Assembly (NCBI GenBank): GCA_028534125.1
Contig: CM052817.1
Location: 27,158,001-27,222,000, forward strand
Reading direction: 5' to 3'
From: Lama glama
Lineage: Eukaryota
DNA: 64,000 nucleotides
Below, one piece after another: positions 11,451 through 24,655 of the stretch. Within the stretch, counting starts at the first letter, position 1, and every line of letters begins with the position of its first letter. The translations under genes and the position numbers were made by a program. The notes beneath the pieces are model-generated. The model was not told the DNA's origin. It did no database searches and worked only from the letters and a program-made list of their open reading frames with translations.

Positions 11451-14400
11451 GTCCTTGTTATCTGATCTCTTGTATTGTTTCCTACATTTAGGATCATGTG
11501 TGAAAATTCCTGTAAGGACTGAGCTTTCTGTTCCTGTGACTGTGCAGAGGTGCCCCCCACCCCCGCCTTTTTGTGGCGGTCTGACATGGATTTCAAGCTG
11601 CAGCTCCCTAGACTGTTCTCCATAGTTTGTACCTTTCCACTGCCAGGACTGAGGGGCTGTCCTCACTGGGACAGACCATTACGTTGAGGGGTGTATGTGT
11701 GTGGAGGGGGCAGGAAACCAAGTAGGCAGTGCTACCAAGGTGCTCAGGCAAGAGGAATCAGGCTCCACACCTTTGCTGGCTGCCTTCAGACCTCACTTTG
11801 CTAAGATGGAACTAGGCACTGGAGTTGTCTGTGGTACAGAGAATCCTGTCCTAGAATCTGGTTTCTGTCTCCTGTTACTGCCATAGCCCCGTCACTTTCT
11901 TCAAGTTTTATTAGGGCAAATGGCCTGTAGGTAAATAATTAGTTTAAAACAATTTTTAAAGCGTGCCGATTCATTAGCACATGATTCCTTAAGAGGACAG
12001 ATATTCTAGAATATTATATTTTTATGATATTAGGGGCCATGGCTCTCTGGTTACAGTTTTATCTCCAGTGGTTTTTCCATACGGGGATGAATAAATGCAT
12101 AGCCCACGTGTGCTTTAGCATTTTCTAGTGGAGGAGGTGAGAGGGTGCATTATTCCATACTTTATGTTCCCCAGACAGTTTAAACAAAGACCTACCACTC
12201 GTGGAATCTCTTTTGTGCTCCAAATATGGGTGCAAAGGGCTGTCTCTTCCCTGTGCTGATGCTGATCTGTTTAAGTGCTGTTGGCACATCTGTCTGAGGC
12301 CTTTACCAAAGCTCTTTCACCTTTACCTGAGTGTTCTCCCATCTGGACAAAATCTCATCTGGGAACAGTTTTGTTGTTGAATTCAGCCAAGAGACAGGTC
12401 CTTCCAAAAGATGAGATTGGCGGCTTCTCCTGCAGGTATCCTGGTCCCATCCCGAAGAGCTGAAGGGTCTGAACAAAGTAGCTCTGTGACTGCTGGGAAT
12501 CCTGGCTTGTAGTCGGCACCCCCTTGCCTACAGTCCAGTTAACCCCAGCCATTTTGGCCTTTAGTTTCATGATTGAGGACTGAATCAATTAACACTGGTT
12601 GATTTTTGACTAAACTGCTCCCAATGAAGCTAGATTTTTTTTTTTGAAGCTCAGTTTACTCTTCTGTGATTTAGAAAAATGTGCAATTCAATTTTTATAA
12701 TATTTCCTCTTATTTGTTCCTAAGAATGTGTGTGTGTTTACTTTTGAAGCAAAGGAAAAGTATCAGATAGGGTCTTTTGAGGGGAGGGGAAAAGATGGGG
12801 AATCTTTGAGGGGTAGGGTAGGAAAAAGGATGACATTAGTGCAGTCAAATGAGAAAAGAAAAGCATAATAGAACTTTGTTTTTAAGTGGTTGGGAAATAT
12901 AAAAATAGCCTAAACTAGAAGGTTACTAGATGACACAGGAAAAAAAATGGTCCTTAAAAAAAAGAATGAGAGAATATTGGAAAGACTTCTGCCTGGACAC
13001 AGGGAGATGTTATCTCTCTCTCTCTGCAAGGAAGAATGATGTCGTGGAGTTGAATTCTGCTGTGGTAAAATTCCATGTTTGCAGTATTGAAAGCAACACT
13101 CCCAACGAGAAGTCCTCCTGCAGCTAACCCTGATGGAGTGACAGTTGTATTTCAGGGAATTTTCTTTGGTATAAAGGGAAGAAACAAAGTGATGCAGTCA
13201 TACAACATGCACCTAAGGAAGCTCTCGGCTACACTTTTCCCTGCTAAACTTACACTCCCAGCAGAACTGAAGCCTTTTATCTATGGGGGGACCTTAAGGA
13301 TAAAATACTGGTTAGGCTGAGAAAGCTCCGTGTTGCCACGGCTCTGCATTCCGACTATGCCAGTTGCTCTGGTACAGCCGTTGTAGGAGGCAGCTCGGCC
13401 TCCTGGTCAACCTTAGAAGTTAGGGGTGTACCCACCCATCTATCCCTAAATAGCCCATTAGGACGCCATGTAAGAATAGACCTGCACTTGTTTTGTTTTG
13501 AATAAAGGTCAAAGACAGAAGGGCTTCTGGCTTTTTCATTTTCACATCCCCATATTATTATTAAAAAGTCCTCAGCCTAATTTTTTTTTTTTTTTACCAG
13601 AAGAGTGCATCAAGTGAGGAATTGAAGTTATATTTATTGTGGAGCAGACAGCTCTCTTTTCCTCTCCTAAGAAATATTTCCACAAAAAATGATACTCAGA
13701 CAATTATTTTATTCTAATGGGAAACTGAATGAAGGCTAGGATAGGCTCCATCAAATGGTTTAAAATACGGAAGTAATTATTTGAAATGCTTGGCTTTCAC
13801 TCACTTGTAAGTTCACTTCAGTGTAAACGCTAAAAATAAGCATGAATAGTGAAAACAAGCATTGATGGGTGAAAGCATTTTAAACAAATTTTAAAATTCA
13901 TCTCCTGGAAAGTGTTTACTAAGCTCCAACAATGTTCCAGGCACAGTGCTGAGGACCAAGGTTAGATGACGAACAAGATAAGCATAATTCCTGCCCACCT
14001 GAAGTGCACATGTAGTGGTGGTGGCGGCGGGTGGGGGGGTGCTTAGACAGTAAATTCATAATAACAAATTGGGATAAGTGCTATGCAGACAAAGCATGGG
14101 GGACTTAAGAGAGAAGAACTCTAGGCAGACAGGGGCTCATAGTAAAAGTAATATTTAAGCTAAGACCATCGAAGGGTGCTGAGCAGGGGAATTAGATTGA
14201 TGCTAATTTATTTAGATAAGGGCCTGCGTGTATACACAACACATACTTTTATTGTGACTATGTTTTGAGAAAAGCATAATCACTCTTAAAGTTTTCCAGC
14301 TGTATTGAAGGTGTAGTGGAGGGCAGGGAAGGGAGCTGAGTCAGAAGTTCTGGAATATTCTTGCAGGCCACTCAAAGTGGGATTTGCATGATGCTGTACT

Positions 14401-14589
14401 GCTTAGGGCCAAGGCACAAATTGAACCCCTCTTCCAGGAGAAATGGCAAGGAGGACTTTGAAATTTACTTTTGAGCCTGGACTCCAGGATTAAAATTCTT
14501 AAACCAAATAGGGGCTGTAGAGGCTGCACTCCACTCTGAAGTAAGAGGGGACCTGCCTGTTTTTCAGTGAGTGAGCAGAGCAATTTTGT

Positions 14590-15089
14590 NNNNNNNNNNN
14601 NNNNNNNNNNNNNNNNNNNNNNNNNNNNNNNNNNNNNNNNNNNNNNNNNNNNNNNNNNNNNNNNNNNNNNNNNNNNNNNNNNNNNNNNNNNNNNNNNNNN
14701 NNNNNNNNNNNNNNNNNNNNNNNNNNNNNNNNNNNNNNNNNNNNNNNNNNNNNNNNNNNNNNNNNNNNNNNNNNNNNNNNNNNNNNNNNNNNNNNNNNNN
14801 NNNNNNNNNNNNNNNNNNNNNNNNNNNNNNNNNNNNNNNNNNNNNNNNNNNNNNNNNNNNNNNNNNNNNNNNNNNNNNNNNNNNNNNNNNNNNNNNNNNN
14901 NNNNNNNNNNNNNNNNNNNNNNNNNNNNNNNNNNNNNNNNNNNNNNNNNNNNNNNNNNNNNNNNNNNNNNNNNNNNNNNNNNNNNNNNNNNNNNNNNNNN
15001 NNNNNNNNNNNNNNNNNNNNNNNNNNNNNNNNNNNNNNNNNNNNNNNNNNNNNNNNNNNNNNNNNNNNNNNNNNNNNNNNNNNNNNNNN
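14590..15089. other. Assembly gap (exactly 500 N)
   Basis: 500 consecutive N; a round number typical of a scaffolding placeholder. Confidence 0.99.
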
Positions 15090-15714
15090 TTTTTTTTTTT
15101 TTTTAAGTGCAAAAGCAGATTCTATGTCACATTTTCCTCAGTTACTGATAGCTTTGAACTACATGAGATTCTTTTTCCTCCTGAATGCTTTGTGTCTTTT
15201 ATGTAAGCATCTCTCTGTAATCTACAGACTGAAAATTAAATCCCCAAATGGGCTTTGCCTTTCAATAGCAATTTAAAAGAATACTAAATATTGATATTTA
15301 AAATATATAGTGAATGTGAATATAAATTATTTTTAAAATAAAATTTAAAAAAAGATTTAAAAAAAACCCTAGTGGAGACACATTTCTGAAAAAACACTTT
15401 TTCTGCAGTGTTTAGTTTGGAATAAGAGTTCTAAGAATTTTCTTATGTATCATTAAGTTACTCATTATTTTAAAGTCTACTAAGAGACTAATAACGGTTA
15501 TGAGTAGCTTGATAGAAATATTCTAGAATTAGTGGTGTTGGTTGCCCATTTATTTATAGTACTTAGTGAAAATATGAAACAGTTCTGAATTATACATCAA
15601 AAAGTGTGTTTTGTATTTTAAAAATCTGTTAAGAGCTCTTAGTGTTGTTAGCACTATTCTCAGCCCTCAAGATATGTAAAAAAAAAGAAACGCATGAAAT
15701 TAAGACTTCTAGGT

Positions 15715-16145
15715 ATATATTAATCAGCTCTTGGTACAATAGTGCAGTGTGACAAACCACCCCCCAAACTCACAGAGGCGGACAGCAGCAGTATTTTTTT
15801 TTATTTGCTCGCAGATCCAAGCGTCCGCTGGAGCAGTTCTGTTTAAGGCTCTGGGTCAATCAAGGCTGTGGTTTGGGTTCAGGTCTGCTTCATGTGTGTT
15901 TGTTCTCCTTGGATTAGAGGCTACCTGGGAGATGTCTTTATGGCAAATGAATGACAGGTGCACCAGAGCCCTGCCAGATCATGCAGTGGATTTGAAGTCT
16001 CCACTTGCATCACAGCTACTCACATTCCACTGCCAAAGCAAGTGATGTGGCCAAGTCCAAAGTCAGTGGGACAGGAAAAGACATTCTGCTTACAGTGGAA
16101 GGGAGGAGAGTGAATATTCTTCAGACAGCACTTCAATCTATCACA
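15715..16145 (-). mobile_element. MLT1 (MaLR) solo LTR
   Basis: gtgacaaaccacccccaaactca...cacattccactgccaaagcaagtgatgtggccaagtccaaagtcagtgggacaggaa...caatctatcaca. Confidence 0.75.
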
Positions 16146-16219
16146 AAGAGTTTGCGGTTCCTGGTAGCTGCAGAGGAGGAAGTGAACATTTCTCCCTGGG
16201 TAGGGATCAGTATTTTGAG

Positions 16220-17480
16220 GAGGTGGATGTGGATTGAGTCTTGATAAATGAGCAAATGTTGTCAGTTGGATGAGGAAGGTAAAGGTGAGGAGAGGTGAGA
16301 GCAAGGGCTGGAGAAGGATTTTCTAGATCATGACAACAGTTTGAGCAGAGGCATGAACTTGGCAGGAGCGGGGTGTGTTTAGGAAGCAGCAGGGCCGCGT
16401 ATAGCTTTTGGGAAAGGCTGTGGGGAGAAAAGACTGGGTCATGGTAAGAAAGGCCTTGTGCATCATGACTTAGGGCTTGGTGTCAGAACTAAAAGAATTG
16501 GATGGGCTCTGGAATCAGACAGCTGGACTTCAAAACTTGGCCCTTCCATTTACTAGCTCTGTGACTGTGGGAACCTTACTTAGCATCCCTGTGCCTTAGT
16601 TCATCATCTGTAAAATGGTAAGAGTGCTTTGAGTGCCTACCTCATGAACTGTTTGGATTAAAAAATTAATACATGTAAAGCCCATCTAAAAGTGCTTGAC
16701 ATATAGTCCGGTGCTCAATAGCAGTTAACAGCTATTAGTATTTTTAAATGAAGTTTAGATTTTATCTGTAAACAATGGGGAATAATCAGAAGTAAGGAAG
16801 GGACCTTTATATTATGTTGTGGGAAGATAACCCTGGTGGCAAGGAAGGAAATGATTGTAGTGGCCAATACTGAAGCAGGGACGCCAGAGGGTTGTTGCAG
16901 GAATGTAGATAAAAGACGATGATGGCAGCAAAGTGGGAGTGAATGTGAGAGACACTAAGGATGTAATATTGATGGGATTTAGAGACTGAATGGATGGAGG
17001 AAGTGAGAGAAATGGGGAAATGAGAGTGACTTCCAAATTTATGGCCTGATTAACTGGGTAGTATAATTTCCTGAGGTAGGGAACATAGGAAGATGAATGA
17101 TGTTAGGAGAAGGATGAGTTCAGGTTTGAATGTGTTATTGGAGGAGCCTTTGAGATAGTCAAGAATATTTAAGAAGCAGGGTCCTTTGGCTGTAAGAGGA
17201 CAGTGTGAACTTTGATTGCAGTGGTTTAAGGCTTGGTGGGAGATGCAGAAGCTCAGAGAGGGAGTGTAAATTATTATTTCATGGTGCTTGACAGTGAAGA
17301 AGGGAGGCTCCTTTAAATAGCAGGGATAGAAGGAACATAAAGTTACAGTAGGATTTTTTTTTTCTGTATTTGAAGATGGGAGAGACTTGAACATATTAGA
17401 TGGCTTTGAGAGAGGAGGAGGGGAGACATTGATTATATAAGAATGAGAAAGAATGGCTGATAAGACAATGTTCCTGAGAC
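16220..17480. mobile_element. L2 fragments with a nested MIR (~16500-16740)
   Basis: Purine-rich L2-like text (gagtgacttccaaatttatggcctga...gatgagttcaggtttgaatgtgtt); MIR core tctggaatcagac...tcatctgtaaaatgg. Confidence 0.6.
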
Positions 17481-17569
17481 ATACAGGGAGGGAATTGAGA
17501 GAGGAGATAGCAATAGAAGAAGGGATATTTCTAGATACTTGTTAAGAAAACTGTTAAAAGTTTTGTGAT

Positions 17570-17878
17570 GGTACATCAGTTATCTGTTGCTGCATAACAA
17601 ATTAACCTTAAACAGCAACTTATATTAAAAAAAATTATCGTTTCTCAGTGTCTGTGAATCAGAAACTTGGAAAGATTAGATGGATGGTTTTGTTTCAGTG
17701 TCTTTTTTGAGGCTGCAAACAAGATACTGGCTTGGGCTGAAATCATCTGAAGGCTTGACTGGGGCTGGAAGTTCACATGGCCCACTCATGTGAGCAGGAG
17801 CTTCAGGTCTTTGCTGGCTGTTGGCAGGAGGTCTCAGTTCCTTGCTATGTAGGTCTTCCCATAGGACTGCTTGTGTGT
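17570..17878 (-). mobile_element. MLT1 (MaLR) LTR, left part, interrupted by L1
   Basis: cagttatctgttgctgcataacaaatta...catctgaaggcttgactggggctgga...ggtctcagttccttgctatgtaggtcttcccataggactgcttg. Confidence 0.8.
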
Positions 17879-18240
17879 GCTTTTTAAAAAAATTGTTACC
17901 ACCTTACCACTCCTCCTGGCCCGACTGCTATTTTTTTCCTACATATTCACATTCTTTCAATCATTAAGTCTTTAAAAAATTCTTATAGTTGATTTACAGT
18001 GTTTATTAGTTTCAAGTGTACAGCAAAGTGATTCAGATATATAATATTCTTTTTAAGATTCTTTTCCATTATAGGTTATTACAAGATATTGAATATAGTT
18101 CCCTATGCTATACAGGATGTCACTGTTGTTTATATATTTTATATATAGTAGTGTGTATATGTTAATCCCAAGCTCCTAATTTTATCCCTCCCTCCCCTTT
18201 CATCTTTGGTAACCATAGTTTGTTTTGTATGTCTGCAAGT

Positions 18241-21200
18241 CTATTTCTGGTTTGTAAATAAGTTCATTTGTATCATTTTTTTTAAGATTCCACATATAAG
18301 TGATATCCTATGATATTTATCTTTCTCTGTCTGACTTACTTCACTTAATATGGTGATCTCTAGGTACATCCATGTTGCTGGAAATGGCATTTCATTCTTT
18401 TTAAATAGCTGAGTAACATTCCATTGTATAAGTAGGCCATATCTCTTTATCCATTCATCTGTCAATGGACATTTAGGTTGTTCCCATGTCTTGACTATTG
18501 TCAGTAGTGCTGCTATGAATATTGAGGTGCATGTATCTTTTTGAGTTAGAGTTTTCTCTGGATATGTGCCCAGGAGTGGGATTATCATTTGGAAACTCTA
18601 TTTTCAGTTTTTAAAGGAACCTCCATATTGTTCTTCATAGTAGCTGCACTAATTTATATATTTATAGGAGGGTTCCCTTTTCTCTGCACCCTCTCCATCA
18701 TTTATTATTTGTAGACTTTTTAATGATGGTTATTCTGACTGGTGTGAGGTGATACCTAATTGCAGTTTTGATTTGCATTTCTCTAATAATTAATGATACT
18801 GAGCATTTTTTCATCTTATTGGCTATCTGTATGTCTTCTTTGGAGGAATGTCTATTTAGGTCTTCTGCCCATTTTTTGAGTAGATTGTTTGTTTTTTTCT
18901 TTTTAATATTAAGCTGTATGAGCTGTTTGTATATTTTGGAAATTAATTCTTCATTGGTCACATCATTTTCAAATATTTTCTTCCATTTTGTAGGTTGTCT
19001 TCATTTTGTTTATGGTTTCCTTTGCTGTGAAAAAGTTTTTTAAGTTTAGTTAGGTCCCATTGGTTTATTTTTGCTTTTATTTCCATTGCTCTAGGAGACA
19101 GATCCAAAAAAATATTGCTGCAATTTATGTCTAAGAGTGTTCTGCCTATGTTTTCCTCTAGGAGTTTCATAGTATATGGTCTTAAATTTAAGTATTTAAT
19201 CCATTTTGAGTTTATTTTTGTATATGGTGTTAGAGAATGTTCTAATTTCATTCTTTTACATGTAGCTGTCCAGTTATTGAGGAGACTATTTTTCCTCCAT
19301 TGTATATTCTTGCCTCCTTTGTCATCAATTAATTGACCATAAGTGCTTGGTTTTATTTCTATCCTGCTCCATTGACCTATGTGTCTGTTTTTGTGCCAGA
19401 ACCATACTCTTCTGATTACTATAGCTTTGTAGCATAGTCTGAAGCCAGAGAGCCTGATTCCTCCAGCTCCATTCTTCTTTCTCAAGATTGTTTTGGCTAT
19501 TCAGTGTTTTTTGTGTTTCCATACAAAGTTAAAAATTTTTTGTTCCAGTTCTATAAAAAATGCCATTGGTAAATTGATAAGGATTACACTGAATCTGTAT
19601 ATTGCCTTGTGTAGTATTGCCATTTTAACAATATTGATTCTTCCAATTCAAAAACATGGTACATCTTTCCATCTATTTGTGTTGTTTTCAATTTCTTTCA
19701 TCAGTGTCTTATAGTTTTTGGAGTACAGGACTTTTGCCTCCTTAGGTAGGTTTATTCCTGGGTATTTTATTCTTTTTGATACAATGGTAAATGGGACTGT
19801 TTCCTTAATTTCTTTTTCTGATACTTTGTTGTCAGTATATAGAAATGCATCAAAATTCTGTATATTAATTTTGTATCCTGCAATTTTCCAAATTCATTGA
19901 TGATCTCTAGTAGTTTTCTGGTCACTTCTTTAGGGTTTTCTATGTATAGTATCATGTTATCTGCAAACAGTCACAGTTTTACTTCTTCTTTTTCAATTTG
20001 GATTCCTTTTATTTCTTTCTCTTTGATTGCTATGGCTAGGACTTCCAAAACTATGTTGAGTAAAAGTGGCAAGTGTGGGCATCTTTATCATGTTCTTGAT
20101 TTTAGAGGAAATGATTTCAGCTTTTCACCACTGAGTATGATGTTAGCTGTGGGTTTGTCATATATGGCCTTTATTATTATGTTGAGGTATGTTCCCTCTT
20201 TACCCACTTTCTGGATATTGAATTTTATCAAAAGCTTTTTCTGTGTCTATTGAGATGATTCTGTTTTTTTTTTATTCTTCAACTTGTTAATGTGGTGTAT
20301 CATATTGATTAATTTGTGGATACTGAAAAATCCTTGCATCCTTAGAATAAATCCCACTTGATCATGGTGTATGATCCTTTTAATGCACTGTTGGATTCTA
20401 TTTGCTAGTATTTTGTTGAGGATTTTTGCACCTATGTTCATCAGTGATATTGGCCTGTAATTTTCTTTTTTTGGTGATGTCTCTGTCTGGTTTTGGTATT
20501 GTGGTGATAGTGGCCTCATTGAATGAGTTTGGAAGTGTTCCTTCCTCTGCAATTTTTTGGAATAGTTTCAGAAGGATAGGAGTTAACCTTTCTCTTAATG
20601 TTTGATAGAATTCGCCCATGAAGCCATCTGATCCTGGGCTTTTGTTTGTTGGGAGTTTTTAAGTTACTGATTTGATTTCAGTATGGGTAATTGTCTGTTC
20701 ATATTTTCTATTTCTTCCTGGTTCAGTTTTGGGAGATTGTACCTTTCTAGGAATTTGTCCATTTCTTCTAGGTTGTCTATTATATTAGCATATAGTTGCT
20801 TGTAGTAGTCTCTTATAATCCTTTGTATTTCTGTGGTGTTTTTTGTAACTTCTCCTTTTTCATTTCTGATTTTATTGATTTGGGCCCTCACCCTTTTTTT
20901 CTTGATGAGTCTGGCTAAAGATTTATCAATTTTGTTTATTTTTCCAAAGAACCAGCTTTTAGTTTCATTGATCTTTTCTACATTTTCAGTCTCTATTTCA
21001 TTTATTTCTGCTCTAATATTTATTATTTATTTCCTTGTACTAACTTTGGGTTTTGTTTGTTATTTCTCTGGTTGCTTTAGATGTAAGGTTAGGTTGTTTA
21101 TTTGAGATTTTTCTTGTTTCCTGAGGTAAGCTTGTATCACTATAAACTTCCCCTTAGAACTGCTTTTGTTGTGTCCTATAGGTTTTGATTGTCATGTTTT

Positions 21201-21995
21201 CATTTTAATTTGTCTCTAGGTGTTTTTTGATTTCCTTTTTGATTTCTTCAGTGATCCATTTGTTTTTTAGTAGCATATTGTTTAACCTCCACGTGTTTGT
21301 GTTTTTTGCAGTCTTTTTTTGTACTTGATTTTTAATATCATAGTGTTGTAGTTGGAAAAGATGTTTGATGATTTCTGTTTTCTTAAATTTTCCAAGGCTT
21401 GCTTTGTGGCCCAGTATCTGATTTATCCTGTGCACTTGAAAGGAATGTGTATTTTGCTGCTTTCAGATGGAATACTCTATTAACATCAGTTAAATCCATC
21501 TGGTCTGATATGTCATTTAAAGCCTGTGTTTCCTTATTGATTTTCTGTCTGGATGATCTGTCCATTGATTTAAGTGAGTTGTTAAAGTCTCCCACTGTTA
21601 TTGTATTACTGCCAGTTTTCCCCTTTATATCTGTTAACATTTTCCTTATATACTGAGGCACTCCTATGCTGGGTGCATGTATGTTTTCAATTGTTATATC
21701 TTCTTCTTGGATTGATCCCTGGATCAGTATGTAGTGTCTTTCTTCATCTCTTGTAACAGTCTTTATTGTAAAGCCTATTTTGTCTGATGTAAATATTGCT
21801 ACTCCAGCTTTCTTTTGGTTTCCATTTGCATGGAATATCTTTTCCATCCCCTCACTTTCAGTCTGTGTATGTCTCTAGATCTGAAGTGAGTCTCTTATAG
21901 GCAGCAAATATATGGGTCTTGTTTATGTATCCATTCAGCCAGTTTTTTGGTTGGAGCATTTGTTTATTTACATTTAAGGTAATTGTTGATATGCA
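18241..21995 (-). pseudogene. L1 ORF2p remnant (EN-RT-C-terminal), many frameshifts and stops
   Basis: Split across several short minus-strand ORFs in different frames, each with ORF2p motifs. Confidence 0.9.
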
Positions 21996-22404
21996 TGTTC
22001 TTATTGCTCTTTTGCAACCTTTTTCACCCTTTCTTCTTTTGTTCTCTTCTCTTGTGATTTAATGACTATCCATGGTATTAAGTTTGAATTCCTTTTTTTT
22101 TTTTTGGTTTGCATATTGTTTTAAGTTGTTGATCTCTTAATTTCAAATGTATTTTAAAAACCCTACAACTGTACTCTCCTCCCCTCATGATTACTGTTTT
22201 TGATGTCATATTTTATATCTAATTGTTTTCTGTATTCCTTACCTGCTTATTGTGGGTATAGATGATTTCCCTACTTTTGCCTTTTAACCTTCCTATTAAT
22301 TTGTGTTTGTATGATTTCCTACCTATACTGTATGTTTGCCTTTACTGGTGAGCTTTTCCAGTTAGTAATCTCTTATTTCTAGTTGTGGCCTTTTCTTTTC
22401 TGTC

Positions 22405-23292
22405 CAAACAAGTTCCTTTAGCAGTTATTGTAAAGCTGGCTTGATGGTGCTGAATTCTTTTAGCTTTTGCTTGTCTGTAAAGCTTTTGATTTCTCCATCA
22501 AATCTGAATGAGAGCTTTGTTGGGTGGGGTGTTCTTGACTGTAGGTTTTCCACTTTCATCACTTTAAATATCATGCCACTCCCTTCTGGTTTAGAGAGTT
22601 CCTACTGAGAAATCAGCTAGTAATCTTATGGGAGTTCCCTTGTATGTTATTTGTTGCTTTTCCCTTGTTGCTTTTTAGTATTCTCTCTTTATCTTTAATT
22701 TTTGTCATTTTAATTCCAGTGTGTCTTGATGTATTCCTCTTAGGGTTAATCTTGTATGGGATTCTGTGTGCTTCTTCAACTTGAGTAACTGTTTCCTTTC
22801 CCAGGTTAGAGAATTCTTCAGCTGTTATCTCTTCAAATATTTTCTCAGGCCCTTTCTCTCTGTCTTCTCCTTCTAGGACCCTTATAATGTGAGTATTACT
22901 GCACTTGATGTTGTCCCAGAGGTCTCTTAAATTGTCCTTATTTCTTTTCATTCTTTTTTCTGTTATGCAATAGTGATTTCCACTACTCTGTCCTCCAGCT
23001 AACTGATCTTTTCTTCTGCCTCGTTTAGTGTACTAGTGATTCCTTCTAGAGTATTTTTTCATTGCAGTTATTGTATTCTTCAACTCTATTTGGTTGTTCT
23101 TTATATTTTCGAACTTTTTGTCAAAGATTTCTAATTTCTCACTCTGTTCATTCTCCTCTTGAGTTCTTTGATCATCTTTACAATCATTATTCTGAACTCT
23201 TTCTTGGGTAGATTGCCTGTCTTCATGTCACTTAGTTCTTCTAGGATTTTATCTTGTTCCTTTGTCTGGAACATATTCCTCTGCTGCCTCAT
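22405..23292 (-). pseudogene. L1 ORF1p remnant (frameshifted)
   Basis: Probable ATG at 23292; fragment 22613..22951 is clearly ORF1p; reading frame broken. Confidence 0.8.
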
Positions 23293-24427
23293 TTCGTCTA
23301 AATTTCTATTTGTGTTTTTATGTATGTAGTAGGTTAGTTACTTTCTCAACCTTGGAAAAGTGGCTCTCTGTAAGAGATGTCCTATGCATTCCAGCAGTGC
23401 ACTCCCCTCTTGTCACCCAAGGCCAGGGGCCAGCTGGTCCTGGCATAGGGTCTGGCCTCATTCTGCAGCCTGGAGGATTGTATTTTTCTTGCTTCTAGTG
23501 TCTAATGTCTGGTGGATGAGTCTTGTCAAGAGGCTTGTGCAGGCTTCCTGGTATGAAGGGCTGGTGCCTGCCTACTGGTGGGTGGAACTGGGTCTTGGCC
23601 TTCTGGTAGGCAGGGCCATGTCTATAGGTGGCTGTGGGCTCAGAAAGTCTTTAGGCAGCCTGTCTGCTGATGGGTGGGGATGTGCCTCCACCCAGTTAGG
23701 TGTTTGGCCTGAGGCAAACAGGCATTGGATCCTACAGGTGGGATTGGATGGGGCCAGATTTTGGTGCTAATGACCCAAGCAAGATGTCAGCCTCCAAGAG
23801 AGTTCATGCAGATTACTGCTCCCTGATATGTCTGCCACCAATATCTGTGTTCCCAGGGTGAGCCACAGCTACTCCCACCTCCCCTTGAGTCCCTCCAAAA
23901 CCAGCAGGTAGATCTGGCCCAGGCTTCTATGAAATTACTGCTTTTGCCTTTGGTCCCGGTGAGCATGAGATTTTGTGTGCATCCTTTAAGAATGAAGTCT
24001 GTGTTCCCCTCAATCCTGTGGAGCTCCTTCAGTTAAGCCCCACTGGCCTTCAAAGCGAAATACTCTTGGGGCTTCTCTTCCTAGTATTGGACCCCTGGGC
24101 TGGGGAACCTGATGTGAGACTCAGAACCCTCACTCCTGTGGGAGAACCTCTGCAATATAATTATTCTCCAATTTGTGGGTCGCCCACCTGGGAGGGGTAT
24201 AGGATTTGATTATATTGCGAGTCCACCCCTCCTATCCCTCTTGTTGTGTTTCCTTCTTTATGTCTTTAGTTATGCAAGATCTTTTCTGATAGGTTCCAGT
24301 CTTTTAGGTTGCTGTTGTTCTGCAATTGATGGTTGATGGTTGTTATGCAGTTAGTTGTGATTTTGGTTTGTTGGTAAGAGGACGTGAACTCTGGCTCCTT
24401 CTACTCTGCCATCTTGGCCCTTCGGCC

Positions 24428-24655
24428 TATCTTTATAATATGATTGCTCATTTCCTTCCCAAGTGAGTGATTCACGGGGGCAAGGAGGAAGCCATGGTCC
24501 TATTATGATCTGGTCTCAGACTTCCTAGTCTTCCATAGCTTCCACATTCTATTCCTTGGTAAAGAGTCACCAAGTATAACCCATACTCAAAAGACTTCAC
24601 CTTTTGAGGGGAGGAGCATCAAAGAATTTTTGGACATATTTTTAAACCACCGTAA
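24428..24655 (-). mobile_element. MLT1 LTR, right part (continuation of 17570-17878)
   Basis: aagtgagtgattca...cacattctattcc...gagtcaccaagtataacccatactcaa...ggaggagcatcaaagaatttttggacatatttttaaaccacc continues the same MLT1 consensus to its end. Confidence 0.8.

Larger units (their letters stand above)
17970..24425 (-). mobile_element. Near full-length (~6.45 kb) L1 retrotransposon, decayed, antisense to LIMCH1
   Basis: Collinear 5' UTR (~24425-23300), ORF1, spacer, ORF2 and 3' UTR (~18240-17970). ORF track fragments show ORF1p (NLRDLWDNIK, KIFEEITAE), endonuclease (IFHANGNQKKAGVAI, TVGDFN), RT ([29 protein letters not shown]) and the C-terminus ([15 protein letters not shown]). Confidence 0.95.

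Noticed and set aside
12220..12229. Perfect CArG box CCAAATATGG (and MEF2-like CTAAAAATAA at 13830-13839)
   Set aside because: Isolated 10-mers of this kind are expected by chance in 64 kb of AT-rich intron, and no conservation data are available.
14564..15206. ORFs made of X residues
   Set aside because: Artefacts of the N gap.
18241..23292. Active reverse transcriptase/endonuclease system
   Set aside because: An ordinary L1 with numerous frameshifts and stops; not novel and not functional.
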